Shown here in pieces: positions 14,079 to 28,199 of a stretch of DNA of 64,000 bases. The stretch spans positions 20,832,001-20,896,000 of the forward strand of contig OX597831.1 of the NCBI GenBank assembly GCA_951406725.2. The letters run 5' to 3'. The stretch is from Octopus vulgaris (Eukaryota). The notes under the pieces were generated by a model. It saw only the letters and a program-made list of their open reading frames with translations. It did not search any database and was not told where the DNA came from. Positions within the stretch are counted from its first letter, which is position 1. The number at the start of each line of letters is the position of its first letter. Made by a program: the position numbers and the translations under genes.

Positions 14079-16177
14079 ACATACATACAAACATGCACAC
14101 ACAAACACACACAGGCACACACGCACACATTAGGACTTAGAGACCGATGTCTTTAGGAGGGACTAATGTTTGGAAGAAGGAGTGGCTATAAGAGAAATCT
14201 AGGGGAGAAGATATGAAGGCAATTGTGCGGATAGACAAATTAAGTATGACAGCTTAGGTTTGATATATATATTTATGTGTGTGTGTATATATTTCCTTAT
14301 AAATATCAGAAAATTAAAGAAATGTTTCTAAAAATACCGTTCAGATTTTTGTAGGTTCCAATTATATTGACATTTGTTGTGAAATATATTTTCGGAGAGA
14401 GCGAAAGTGGAGTTTTGGATAATTCACAATAATAGAGGTTGTTTCTTATTAGCTTTCAGAAAAATGGGTACTTTTAATGAAATTTTCTACAAATACCTTT
14501 CAGAGTATTTGGTTTACGATTATATCGAAATTTTATGTAGGAGGAAAAACACGATGAACCGCACAGAAATATATACATATCCCATAAACTAGATATTTTG
14601 AAAAACAGTCTACGTGACATATGTAAATATATATGTGTGTGCACCTACTATTTCTCTGTTTGTACAATAACTCCTGATATAATCGTATTCTACATCATCT
14701 ATAGAATCTATAGAAAATTTTATTAAACAGTATCCATGTTTCTGAAAGTTATGAGGAAACAAAAAAAGATTCGTATGAATTATTCCAAAACTCTTGTTTC
14801 CTTTTCTTGAAAATATATTTCACAGCGATTTGTGATATATAATGTATACCATCTAAAGTTGAAAGGTATTTTTAGAAAATTTTCAATTAATGTAACCATT
14901 CTTAAGAAAGTCATGTGGAAACAAAATCGTGTGGGATAAACACATGTGGAGGTGTGCCAATTTCGTATAGACAAAACGCCAAAATGGAAACCATTTGTCT
15001 CAGTTGCCAAGTAAATCAGACAGAAATCGGGATCAAGTGATTACGAAAGGTATTTTTCGTTCTTAACCATTTTCTTAGTGGTGCGTCTACTGATCTCAAA
15101 TCTAAGCCGACAAACAGTCAAAATACTAGCTTGTAAATCTTGTCAGATACAAATCATTGACAGTATATCTTCACACCAATTATCGGTCGAATATATATTT
15201 ATCTGAGTGATTTGTTTTTTTTATTTCGCCGCCGTTGATTTTTTTTTTTTTTTTGTTTCTTTTGTTTTTTCCATATTTACTTGAGATTTGCTGTACTTTG
15301 TTTTATTGTTAGGTTAGAGTTCAATAAATGTCATTAACCGAGTAACAGATATAGACGCTGATTGAAAGAAAGAGCGAGAGAGGGGGGAAAGGGACGGACG
15401 GCGGGAGGGACAGAGAGAGAGAGAAGGAGGGAGAGAGTGCCTGAGAGGGGGAGAGATGGAAAGGGAAAGAGATAGAGAGAGAGAGCAGGAGACAGATATA
15501 CGTTCACAAACGGAAAACGAGGGAGAAAGAGATTGATAGACAGATGCACATGTGTGCGTGTGCGTGTGCGTGTGTCTATACATAAAGAAAGAGAGAGAGA
15601 GAGAGAGAAAGGGCAGATATAAGATATATCGTCTGTTTTGACATTTTTCGCGGTTTTCTTAGTCGACTGACACCGTGTAGAGACTAAAAATATCCTAAAT
15701 TACTCGACGAATCACCATTTTGTCATGTCTATCACACACGTTTCTACAATAATTCACTCTCTTTTTCCTTTCGCTGTTTCTTTCGTTCTTTCTTTCCCTT
15801 CTTCTTTCACTCTTAGTTTCTTTTTCTCTTCTTTCTCGGTATATGTACATCTAAGCGAACACATACACACAAACATGTACACACATATATAGACACATTT
15901 ATATAGAGAGTCATATATATATATATATATATAGACAGATATACAAACATATATATATGTATATGTGTGTATGTTTTCTTATACTTACATACATATATAT
16001 ATATACATACATATGTATATATATATATATAAATTACCTATACATATATATCTATATACACATACAAAGATGCATACACACATACACACATATTTATACA
16101 TACATACATATATATGTATGTATATATATATATACACACACACAGACACGCACACACACACAGAGACACAGACACAG

Positions 16178-16219
<42 letters not shown>

Positions 16220-16563
16220 GATATTCTTTTCTACTCTAGGCACAAGGCCCGAAACTTTGGGGAAGGGGGCCAGTCGATTAGATCGACCCCAGTACTGGTA
16301 ATTATTTTATCATCCCCGAAAGGATGAAAGAGAAAGTCGACCTCGGCGGGTATATGCATATCATATGGAATCGTATTGCAACTGCGATGAAACGTCTACG
16401 TTAATACTAGACTCGAGATATACGCATGGTGTCCTGATACAGGTAAGTTCTTCTTTGCATTTTGGAAACTGTCAGTGTCCTGCAACAAGCACATTCACAC
16501 AGACAGACATGTATACAGAGAGACAGACTGACAGACAGGTAGACTCACACACATACACGCACA

Positions 16564-16614
<51 letters not shown>

Positions 16615-17574
16615 ACACACAGAGCAAGTTATTCACACAGAGCTTACCTATTTATCTCCTTCTCGCTATTGGAAACTTTCGAAGTCAACATCTTTACCAG
16701 TTATGGGCAACCAGCGGCCCACAGGACTTTCTGAATGGCACGCCAAACTAAAAATTACCATTTATTTATATATTTCTATTAGTGCGCTATGACTCCCACA
16801 TCTTGAAAAAGCTTGTCTATGCCTATTGACTGGTTTTATCCCATAGGTCGTTTTGTTTTCGTTGTTAGCATTAAACCTATTGAAGGTTTAACAAATATGT
16901 TCATAAAAATGTCAAATTTATAAACAACGTTTGAAAAAAATATTGAGAAATATTTACTAACTGTAATGCGGAAAATATATTTTGTTTCAAAGACACGCTT
17001 TGAGATATTTCAGTTTGAAATATAATTCATAAGTCATATTGGTTTCAAAACTAACTTCATTCGTGTTTGTAGTAAATAGAAAAGTCTTTTGTGGTTCCTG
17101 TCTCTTATGTATAAACACACGTCAAAGAGAAATAAAAGTATAAACGAAATAAAGAAAAATCCAACAAGCGAAAAAAAAAGAAGATAAATGATGATTTTGC
17201 CATATTAGTCGCGAGTTAAATTCGTACATAGTAAATAGTGACGATATAGACGTGCGGTTAATGGTTTATTTTGTAGCCGCATGGCTCAGAGTTCGATTCT
17301 TTACCATTAACCATCTACATATTGCCTAAGCTAATGATCGTTTAGATTATATACTGTCACACACATACACATACATGAATATATGTATACATAACATGCA
17401 TAGGTACAGGCGTGGCTGTGTGGTAAGGAGCTTGTTTCCCTACCACATGGTTCCTCGTTCAGCCGCACTGTGGGGCAACTTGGACAAATGTCTTCTACTA
17501 TAGCCTCGGACCGACTAAAGAATTGTGAGTGGATTCGATGGACGGAAAATGATATAAGACCAGCGTATATATAT

Positions 17575-17704
17575 AACGGGAAGGTTTACGAAAATAAACA
17601 AAAGACGAAGGCAGGTGGAGTACAAACAAACAAATGTATTAGTATCGCGCTCAGGAATAGAAATAGAACAAGTCTTTTACGTTTCGAGCCTACGCTCTTC
17701 GACA
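17575..17704 (-). mobile_element. Short PLE-like repeat carrying a hammerhead-like motif; other copies at about 24150-24310, 36540-36655 and 54550-54700
   Basis: The segment tcttttacgtttcgagcctacgctcttcgaca and the flanking aaacaaaagacgaag recur, wholly or partly, at four loci. Confidence 0.6.
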
Positions 17705-18540
<836 letters not shown>

Positions 18541-18734
18541 TATGTATATATAAGCAATAAAGGGTTTAGCAACGAATTGCCTTACCACATACCGAATTTA
18601 GAAATAGCAGTCAAAGAGTTATAGCTATTTCTTCTACTAAAAAGGGAGATAGTAAAAACACAGCAATTGGAAGGCAGACACAAACAGGTAAGAGAGAATG
18701 AATTGACGGCAATCTATCATACAATTTTAAGTTA

Positions 18735-18827
18735 TCTACGGACGCACGTTTCGAAATCAAGTTTTTAGGAAAGCATGAGAATTAAATATTAAATAATTCT
18801 ACGTTACTTCTTTCTCTTCAGCGTAGA
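18735..18827 (-). ncRNA. Type-I hammerhead ribozyme with a canonical core
   Basis: Minus strand reads UCUACG-CUGAAGA-GAAA[long loop]UUUC-GAAA-CGUGC-GUC-CGUAGA: perfect 6-bp stem I, G-C-closed stem II, self-complementary stem III ACGUGCGU and a GUC triplet. Confidence 0.8.
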
Positions 18828-18988
18828 ATACTATAATCATAAGTAATTATATATTGAATTTTGAGATACTAGAAGGCACCAACTCAACTCAGTATCAGAG
18901 CGAGCTAGAATCCGCAACTAGTATCACCAAACTCAACGTGTGAATGAAAGGATTGTGTCACCAGCCCCGTATATATATATACAGCCCC

Positions 18989-19057
<69 letters not shown>

Positions 19058-19084
19058 GTATATATGTATATATATATATATGTG

Positions 19085-19142
<58 letters not shown>

Positions 19143-19639
19143 GTGTGTATATATATATATGTATGCATGTATGTATTTATGTATGGTTGTTTTTAGATCT
19201 GTGTTTGTCCTACAGCCATTACTTGGCAACTGACGTTGGTGCGTTTATGTCCCCGTAACTTAGCAGTTCGGCCAGAGATCCTGTTAGAATAAGTACCAAG
19301 CACAAAAATTAATCTCAAAAAGTCCTGGGGTTCGATATCCTCGACTAAAACCCTTTGAGACAGTTCTCCAGCATGGCGGCTATCAATTGGGTGAAACAAG
19401 TTAAATAATAAAAGAAAGAACGTTGTTGGGTATAGAGCTCCACGTAGGTTTTCTCATCTAGTCTACTTTTCAGTATAGAGTCTTGGTTGCTACTGTACTT
19501 AGCAGTATTACCAATTATGACATACGGAGTAAATATTGGAGAAACCGTGGTTAATTATCCAATTGCACATCGAACAACAAACGCATGGTTTCCAAACAAC
19601 CGTAAATAATGAAACGTACGTGGGAAACAAATGATGTTA

Positions 19640-19832
19640 ATACAGTTCTATATGTAAGAGATGAGGAATTACGTACATTATTTACATTATTTACAATTGA
19701 CGGATATTTGTCCTCATCTTGTTTGTTGTTAACACAACGTTTCGGCTGATATACCCTCCACAGGCATATGGCGTAGTGGTTAAGAGCGCGGGTTACTAAC
19801 CCCAAGATTCCGAGTTCGATTCCAGGCAGTGA

Positions 19833-19890
<58 letters not shown>

Positions 19891-19974
19891 CCCTGAAGGG
19901 GTTCCCTTTTCACTCTCTTCAGGGGTGTAACTTCACCAAGATTCCAAGTTCTATTCCAGGCAGTGACCTGCATA

Positions 19975-20009
<35 letters not shown>

Positions 20010-20157
20010 AACAACATCGAAAAATGCCTAAGGAATGACAACCCAGGTTCGAAATTTCCCCAAGGCACCTGATGAAGGCTGGAGGGTATACCAGCCGAAA
20101 CGTTGTGTGAACAACAAACAAGATGAGGACTAATATCCGTCAAATGTAAATAATGTA
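19640..20157 (+). mobile_element. Composite short element: inverted terminal segment, tRNA-like head, (TAA)n and a hammerhead-containing 3' part
   Basis: Head at 19761-19835 (tggcgtagtggttaag A box, gagttcgattcc B box), partly duplicated at 19936-19970. 19682-19760 is the reverse complement of 20080-20157 with about 4 mismatches. Confidence 0.75.
20064..20109 (+). ncRNA. Putative minimal type-I hammerhead ribozyme
   Basis: GCAC-CUGAUGA-A-GGCUGG agggUaua CCAGCC-GAAA-C-GUU-GUGU: 6-bp stem II, palindromic ACGU stem III and stem I GCAC/GUGU. Confidence 0.7.
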
Positions 20158-20207
20158 ATGTTAACTTGTGTTTATCATAATATTTTTCTCTCTCTCACAC
20201 ACACATA

Positions 20208-20320
20208 CCTACCTACCTACCTACCTACCTACCTACCTACCTACCTACCTACCTACCTACCTACCTACCTACCTACCTACCTACCTACCTACCTACCTAA
20301 CTACCTACCTACCTACCTAC
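20208..20320. repeat. (CCTA)n microsatellite
   Basis: Directly visible. Confidence 0.95.
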
Positions 20321-20351
20321 ATACATACATACAAACACACATACATGCATA

Positions 20352-20384
<33 letters not shown>

Positions 20385-20388
<4 letters not shown>

Positions 20389-20740
20389 TGTGGTTTTTCA
20401 AAGGCTTTCTTGAAAACCGTTTGGTTTCGGGTTCGGTCCTGCTGCGTGGCACCTTGGGAGAGTGTCTTCTGTTGTAACCCTTGGTCCACCAATGCCTTGT
20501 TAATGAATTTCTTAGCTGGAAACTGTGTGGTAGCTCTTCGATCGCGCGCGCACACAAACATACACACACATGCACACACACACACACACACACGCACTGA
20601 AGCACACACACATATATGTATGTGTAAATGCGTGCGTGTATATGTTTTTGTGTGTTTCTGTTTGTCTCCTCCACCACCGCTTCACAGCTGGTGTTACATT
20701 TTGTACGCTCTGTGTAATCTAGCGGGTTGATAAAAATAGC
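20385..20740 (+). mobile_element. Old diverged SINE family A copy
   Basis: cgggttcggtcctgctgcgtggcaccttgggagagtgtcttct...accaatgccttgt matches the family A head. Confidence 0.7.
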
Positions 20741-21029
20741 GAATTTATATCGGAGATTAAATGGCATATAAATATTTTATCTTTCTGCACATTAAAAAAA
20801 AAAAACTCCTTAAAGCTTCTTAAAGTTTATTATCGTTAGTAGCCATGTGAAGCGCTGTTTAATCCTTCTTTGCAATCATCAGCACAGCATCACTTGAGAC
20901 AAATGAATTAAGCTAAATTCAACATCCAATGAAGATTCTTATAAAGAGAATAAAGTTTATATTTAAAACAGCCATTGTTTTGTACATCTTAGCTAGTAAA
21001 TTATTCAGCAATAAAATGTGCGTGTGAGA

Positions 21030-21062
<33 letters not shown>

Positions 21063-21527
21063 GAATTTCTCACATGCACATTAAATGTTTTAAGGGCCAG
21101 TATATTTTATTTTACACATTTTGTTTATCAATGCAACTCTATATTTATTTTACCTTCGTAATAGTGGTTCCTTTAATGCTTTTAATTAGTTCCATCACAA
21201 AACATTTATCGTTAATTTTGTCTTCTTTAATATCCTCAGTTTATTCTGTAATAACCAAATCAAATGCTGGCTTAAATTCCACGTACTCAACAGTGTCTTT
21301 CTTAAAAAGAAAAATATTAGCCACAAGATCAGCAATTTCAAAAACAGTACTTAATCGATACTGTAAACACCAGTATTTCACTGGTGCCATACTTTATCTA
21401 CTCCAGAGGGATGAAAGGCATAGATGACATTGGTGAGATTTGAACTCAGAACGTAAAGGGTCGAAGAAATATTACGAAGTATTAAGGCCGGCACTCAAAT
21501 GATTCTGCAAATTCATTATTCTTTCCA

Positions 21528-21797
21528 AAAATAATATATGCACAATAATAATTTATGCACAATAATAATGTATGCACAATAATAATTTATGCACAATAAT
21601 AATGTATGCACAATAATAATTTATGCACAATAATAATTTATGCACAATAATAATGTATCCACAATAATAATTTATGCACAATAATAATGTATGCACAATA
21701 ATAATTTATGCACAATAATAATGTATGCACAATAATAATGTATGCACAATAATAATTTATGCACAATAATAATGTATGCACAATAATAATTGATGCG
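21528..21797. repeat. 17-bp minisatellite (ATGCACAATAATAAT[T/G]T)n, about 15 copies
   Basis: 17-bp period (cac at 21541, 21558, ...), lying between two old family C SINE copies. Confidence 0.95.
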
Positions 21798-22376
21798 CAA
21801 GGCCCGACATTTTAAGGGATGGGATAAATCAATTTCATCAACCCATTTGATGAACTGCTACTTATATCATCGACCCTTCATATATAAAAAAGCAAAATCT
21901 GTCTTATCGGTATTTTGACTCGGAATTTAAATAGCCGGAAGAAATGCTGATATGCATTTTTTCCGGTGCGTTAACGTTTCTGCAACCTCATTATCTGTCC
22001 TGAGAAAATGCATTCAAAAGAACATAAAACGTGAAAAGAATTAGCACAAAGCATTTTTTCCGACGCTGTAACATTTCTTTTTGCGTCTTTGTCATTTTGT
22101 TTTCAATTTACTCTCAATTACTTCAGGCGTTAGACTGTAGCCATGCTGGAGCACCGGCTTCGAAGGTTATTCGAAGAATTCGATCCCAGCATATACTTAA
22201 ATTCTGTTACATATTCTGTAGGAAAATTTTGGCAAACCACCAAGTTATAGGGATTTAAACAAACCAACACCGATTGTTAAGCAGTGGGGAGGGCGGATAA
22301 ACGCAAACCACAAATCACACAGTGGTATATACATATACAGCACACATACACACCACCAGGCACATATATAAACATG

Positions 22377-23227
22377 TACGAGGTTTGATCAATAAGTATC
22401 CGGAGTGTTACCATAGTAATGAAGCTAAAGCACACATAGTAAAGCCGCTAAGCAATAATTGACCTTGAACTCTGCTGTGTATGTGCACTAAGTTTTAATG
22501 TTCTAGCTCACTTCCGCTGTTTACAGCAGTGCTTGGAAGGAAGGTGTGTAGCGTGTGATCGTTGCATTGACCATGACAGAGAAAGCTGTCATGCTGATAC
22601 CTGCTCAGAGGCCTATGCAAAGTTGCAGAAAGTGTATGCAGAGAGTTGTATGAGCCGCACACAAGTGCACGTGGGGTTCAGACGTTTCCAAGATGGCCGA
22701 AAAAAATGTCGATATTGACGAACGTTCTGGGAGACGCGTAGCCAGCAGAACTAAGAAAAACTCTCGCAGATGTGCGTGCAGCTCTGAGGGGAAGTCGTCG
22801 AATCACCATCCGTGATTTATCAGAGGCTGTGCAGATTAGTTACAGTTCTGTTTAGTCCACCATCACTGACGATTGGAGTATGATACGCATGTCTGCCAAA
22901 TTTGTGCCAAAACTGCTTTCAGCTGACCCAAAAAGAACACTTGGATTTCAGTTGCACAAGATCACCTTGACCGAGTCAAGAGCGATGAAACTTTTTGAAA
23001 ACTTTGCGTAGGCCTCTGCTCAACTTTATTTGTCATGGTCAATACGACAATCATACGCTGCACACCTTCCTTACAAGCATTGCCTGTAAGCAGTGGATGT
23101 GAGGTAGCACAATAAAACTTAGTGAGCATGCACAGCAGAGTTCAAAGTCTATCGGTGCCAAGCAGATTTACTCTGCGTGCTTCGTTACTATGGCAACAAT
23201 CCTGATACTTATTGATCAGACTACGTA
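22377..23227 (+). mobile_element. Non-autonomous mariner with very long (about 240-bp) inverted ends and TA TSD
   Basis: TA-cgaggtttgatcaataagtatccgga ... tcctgatacttattgatcagactacg-TA. Internal N-terminal transposase remnant (EAYAKLQKVYAESCMSRTQV..FRRFQDGR, RRITIRDLSE, MSAKFVPKLLS). Confidence 0.9.
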
Positions 23228-23339
23228 CATATATGCATCAGTGTCTGTGTTTCTGTTTTTGTCTGTTCTGCTTCCTCACTGCCTGACAATCTGTGTTAGC
23301 CCGTTACCTTTTCCATAACTTAACGGAGACATGGTTCTT

Positions 23340-23720
23340 GAAATCTTGCACGCGATATGGAAGCGCGCAACGTGATTGCCTCAATAAAAAGTGTGCACAC
23401 AGCAAATTTAGAGAAAACCCCATGTGTTAGTCTGTTTAATAATATTGTCCTACCTATACTGTCTATGCAGATGAGACACGGGCTCCTAAGAAATTGGAAG
23501 AGATTGGCTAGCCTACAAATCGTCATGAAAAAATGTGTGTTGGAAATATCATTGCAGGAACGTATACGAAATCATGCTATTGAAGGAGAAAGCAAAGGGA
23601 AAAACTTGATTGCAGAATACCGAATCCACAAAATCTGCCGCGTCTGCCGGTTTAGTAAAAAGATTTTTGGCCTAGGTGGAAGAGAAGGGTGTATTAATGA
23701 AGCGCTTGGAAATGTATTGT
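23340..23720 (+). mobile_element. Degenerate RTE-clade LINE 3' fragment
   Basis: SLFNNIVLPILS...LQIVMKKCVLEISLQERIRNHAI resembles RTE LF...VLP..LY....Q..MER.MLGISL.D.IRN..I. Confidence 0.55.
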
Positions 23721-25603
23721 GATCAATGGAGTATATCAACATCCGATAATAAGGTCGGTACAGTGATGCAATGATATATACTTTCATGTCTACATGAACG
23801 GCGGTGTATCAGCATGGCCACAACTCTGAGCTGAAACTAGAGAAAAAAATATATGATGATAGTCTGTCGTAGTCTGAGAAAAACTGTATTGCAATTTCTT
23901 ATTGAACAACATCGCCACAGGTTCCCTTTATAGTTTACGTGTTTGTACATTAGGTCACCCACTCCATCAAATAAACCTCGCCTGAATAGGTGTACACAAT
24001 GTGCCACGCATAATATATCGAAGTGAGAGCAGAGATACCCCATAACTGCTAAGACTCACATACACATATATACATACATACATTATATTATATACATATA
24101 TATGTCTCGTATGTATATACATAATACACACACACAACACACACACATATATAGTTCAATTTTACAAAAAAACAACAACAAAAGACGAAGACAGTTGTAG
24201 GAACAAAAAGCAGGTGTATTAATTTAATGCTCGGGGAAAATGGAAAAGTCTTTTATGTGTAGAGCCTACGCTCTTCGATAGAAAGGAATAAGTGGAAAAA
24301 ATTGAGAGAGAACGAAAAGAAAGAAAGAAAAACTATATATAAATCGCTTAGGCAGTTGTATAACCTGGTATAAAACTTAATGTACGTATGCCTCTGAACA
24401 GAGTGTTAGTCGTATACAGAGCGGTAATAAGAAACATCTGTATGCTAATGGAGTTCACAAGATAATCGTTTATCCGTTTGTCAGCTCTTTCCTCAAATAT
24501 ACCGTGGGCTTCCATACATTTTCCAGTTACCAAATTCACTCACAATACATTAACCGGTCCAGGGATACATTAGAAGGCAGTTGCTCAAATTCGCCTGCGG
24601 TGGAACTGAAACCTGAAATCCGAACCATGTTGCGATGAGAACCACTTAACCACACACCTATACCTGCATAGACCTATTCACATTAAATAACAGTCTAATT
24701 CCAGTAATTATATAATCATCTCTAAACGCTCTGCCCATGTCATTTGCAACAATTAACTCTTTATTCCCATCGGTCTCTTGATTCCACAATCATTGGAATA
24801 AATTTGTCCTGTATAATCATTGTAAAAACCTTCGCTTAAATATCAACTTAATTTCTTATTATTTAATTATTGTCCAACTTAATTAATAATTATAAAATCC
24901 CTGTCTCATATTACTAACATGTCTAAATTTATACATGTCAGCTCGTAGCAGGAAATATATTTCCTTTGACGCATGTCTCTCTATTGCCGTATAGCGCTCG
25001 TTTCTAATCCATTAAGTTATTGCTTGTTGATGTCTTATTCCTCTCAGCTGTTAAAGACTTCGAAACTACATTGAAATTGTATATGCTATTTCTGGTTTAG
25101 TGTTCAACATTCATTACTAGCCTTTAATTATTATTGAGTGAGAGAGCAATGCATGTCATCAAAGCGACACTGGGGTACAAATATATGCGACACAATATAT
25201 CCATCATGACTACTCGTCTGATAAGGGTCCACCAGACACATGCATCACGACCGCATGTGTACGACATGATGACCTTATATCAGGATGAACAACGCCTGGC
25301 CTTGCAGATGGGGCCCAGTTAGAATTTTCTTCAGGTCAAAAGGTCTCTGAATGATGAATGAAACGCCCGTGCTTCCCGTGGCGAATTATTCAAACCCCAA
25401 TGAATTCCTCTTAACGCAAGGATACGACGCTCCCCCGCAACTCTTGCTCGTGATCAGAGATGCACATATTGTCAGCCACTAAGGAACACATGCCCGACTA
25501 AGCCACACATGCCCAACTGGTTAAAATCAAGCACATCTGTGGTCCTGAGCAGTATACTTGCTAACTAATAGAAGTAATGATGCTGATGATGGTTATGATA
25601 ATG

Positions 25604-26040
25604 ATTGATTGATTGATTGATTGATTCTAGTTTCAGCTTATGAGCTGTGGCCATGCTGGGGCACCGCCATTTGGTGTTGCTACTTGGTTTCACTTCATGG
25701 AGGCTTTCTAGCAACTGCTATTTGGTGCATGAGAGAGTTCGATGCAGCTGCCCTCATCTGCCCCTCCTGCCGTGAAGTTGGTTCATCTGGGACACCTGAC
25801 AGGAAGAGATCCAGCTTCATTTTAAAGACATCTGTATCCACCCCATGCAGGTCTCTCAGGTTCTTCGGGAGGATATTGAAGAGCTGTGGGCCTCGGAAGC
25901 CCAGGCTATCACAGAATCTTGTCCTACATCTTGATGGCAGGTTTGGAGTCCTAGGCACCACGCAGTGGCGCCCAGTTCTGGCATTTGCGTAACTCTCGAT
26001 GCCAAAGTTCAGGACACTTCCCTCCAGGATCTTCCAGATG
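25604..26040 (-). mobile_element. 5'-truncated CR1-group LINE 3' end with an (AATC)n tail
   Basis: ORF 25695-25961 reads SLGFRGPQLFNILPKNLRDL..VDTDVFKMKLDLFLSGVPDEP (CR1-type C-terminus). It is followed by a 3' stem-loop and a short tandem tail. Confidence 0.8.
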
Positions 26041-26108
26041 TAATAATAATAATAATAATAATATTAATGATAATAATAATGATAATAATAATAATAATAG
26101 TAATGATG

Positions 26109-26140
<32 letters not shown>

Positions 26141-26141
26141 G

Positions 26142-26203
<62 letters not shown>

Positions 26204-26204
26204 G

Positions 26205-26592
26205 GTTCCTAATTTTATCACAAGGCCAGCAATTTCCGAGGGAGGGGATAAGGTGATTACGTCGATCCCCACCGTTCAACGGGGACTTATTTTATCTACT
26301 CCGAAAAGATGGTAGGCAAAATCGTCTTCAGCACAATTTGAACTCTGAACGTAAAGGCCGGAAGAAATGCCGCTAATGATTCTGCCAAATTTTAGCACAA
26401 GGTCAGCAATTTTAGAGGACGGGGCTAAATCGATTATATTGACCTCCGTGCACAACTGGTATAAAGACTGTGTCAACCCCAAAAGGATGAAAGGCAAGGT
26501 GAACCGCGTCGGAATTTGAACTCAGAATATAATGACGAGCGAAATGCCTCTAAGCATTTTGCCCGGCGTACTTTCGATTCTGCCAGCTTGCT
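26205..26592 (-). mobile_element. Two tandem diverged family C SINE copies
   Basis: Repeated cacaagg(c/t)cagcaattt...gatg(a/g)(a/t)aggcaa...atttgaactc(t/a)gaa...gattctgcca. Confidence 0.7.
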
Positions 26593-26597
26593 ACCTA

Positions 26598-26807
26598 ATA
26601 ATAATAATAATGATGATGATAATACTAATAATGATGATGATAATAATAATGATGATGATGATGATGATAATGATAATGATAATGATAATGATGATGATAA
26701 TGATAATGATGATGATAATGATAATGATGATGATGATGATAATGATAATGATAATGATGATGATAATGATAATGATGATGATAATGATAATAATGATGAT
26801 GATAATA

Positions 26808-26856
<49 letters not shown>

Positions 26857-26920
26857 CGACGACGACGACGGCGACGACGATGCTGCTGTTGCTGTTGTTG
26901 ATGATGATAATGATGATGAA
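26598..26920. repeat. (GAT)n/(AAT)n microsatellite
   Basis: Directly visible. Confidence 0.95.
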
Positions 26921-26989
26921 GAGAATAGTTTCTTTTATTTATCACAGGGGTATCATTGAAGGGGATTTTACAAAGACAGTTAACAATTT

Positions 26990-27770
26990 TTCCTCGATCA
27001 CCACCTTTTTTACCATTTCATTGCAAGAGACAGCACGTCACCCTCGGCACTTAATTCCCTTTCCAACTGAAACTTGAGAAGTTCAGTGCAGGTTTGGCCA
27101 AAGAGAAAGGTATCTGAGCCTCATCTACCACAACTTCTTTCGTCATAATTGCTAGACTGGAACACCACCTGGTGGTTCGATCGTCATGATCGACTTGGCT
27201 GATAGTGGTATTCATCTAACACTTTTTTGACATAATTACACAATGCTCAGTCACTGCATGAGCATGCGCACAACGGTTTCGTCGCACTTCAAACATCTTA
27301 TGCAGATCCCACCAAACAGCATATTCGTACCTATAGGGTCTGTCTCAAACCGGCAGTGCCCTTCTGTAGCCCTAGTAGGTGAGGGACTTCTGGGAGTTAT
27401 CCATGGTAGTTCCCAGCCCGAAAGTCCTCCACAGCAGACGAGCCAGTGTATCCTCGTCGACCAGATTTTCCTCGACAACATCATCGCTCTTACTCCTAAC
27501 GATATCTCCATATATTATTAACGTCGAACTCATACCGACAGCATTACCTGAGAAGCAGAGGATAATGAACACCTGATGACATTACATGTACCAGACACCC
27601 GATCTTGGTCCCTTCTTGGTCCAGGAATGCAGATTTTTCGAAGAATTGAGATGTCGAAGAGATGAGCTATGGCGTAGCCTCAACATGTATCTGCGCTTCA
27701 GCAGACACGACATGCAAATCTTGCCAGACGGCGATAGTGAGTTCGGTATACTCTTTCTCGATTTAGCTAA
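26990..27770 (-). mobile_element. L1/Tx1-clade LINE ORF2 C-terminal fragment (zf-RVT-like), degenerate
   Basis: LLWRTFG..MDNSQKSLTY*GYRRALPV*DR followed, after a frameshift, by GICIRCLKCDETV (ALP..DRL...C..C...ET..H pattern). Confidence 0.65.
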
Positions 27771-28104
27771 ATAATAATGAGTTCTGTCTCTTTCAGGTAT
27801 CTAATCAGAATTCTAATCAGCATATATAAATCGAATAGAGAGAGGATAATATCTGTGAGACATGCCTAATTAGGAGAAGATAGTGTCATCTAATTCAGCT
27901 GTAGAAATTTGTTCATATGTTCACATGTAATAAAAATTTCAGGTTTGTTCAAAGATGCTCTTAAATATAAAATGGATATACAAAGACTGCATCTATTTGA
28001 TCCATTAATGCATGGCGTGGCCCGTTTCATAATGTTCCTCTTGTGGTGAACTGTAGCCTTCAGATCCTAGATATAGCTTGCTAATTCATTGTTTCTCTTC
28101 TTAT

Positions 28105-28188
<84 letters not shown>

Positions 28189-28199
28189 ATATATATGTA

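Noticed and set aside
16365-16448. Possible exon MESYCNCD...VLIQ followed by CAG/GTAAGT
   Set aside because: Good donor consensus, but no recognisable homology or acceptor, and it abuts a SINE remnant; insufficient support.
19761-19835. Functional tRNA gene
   Set aside because: The acceptor stem does not pair well and it is embedded in a repeat; treated as a tRNA-derived head.
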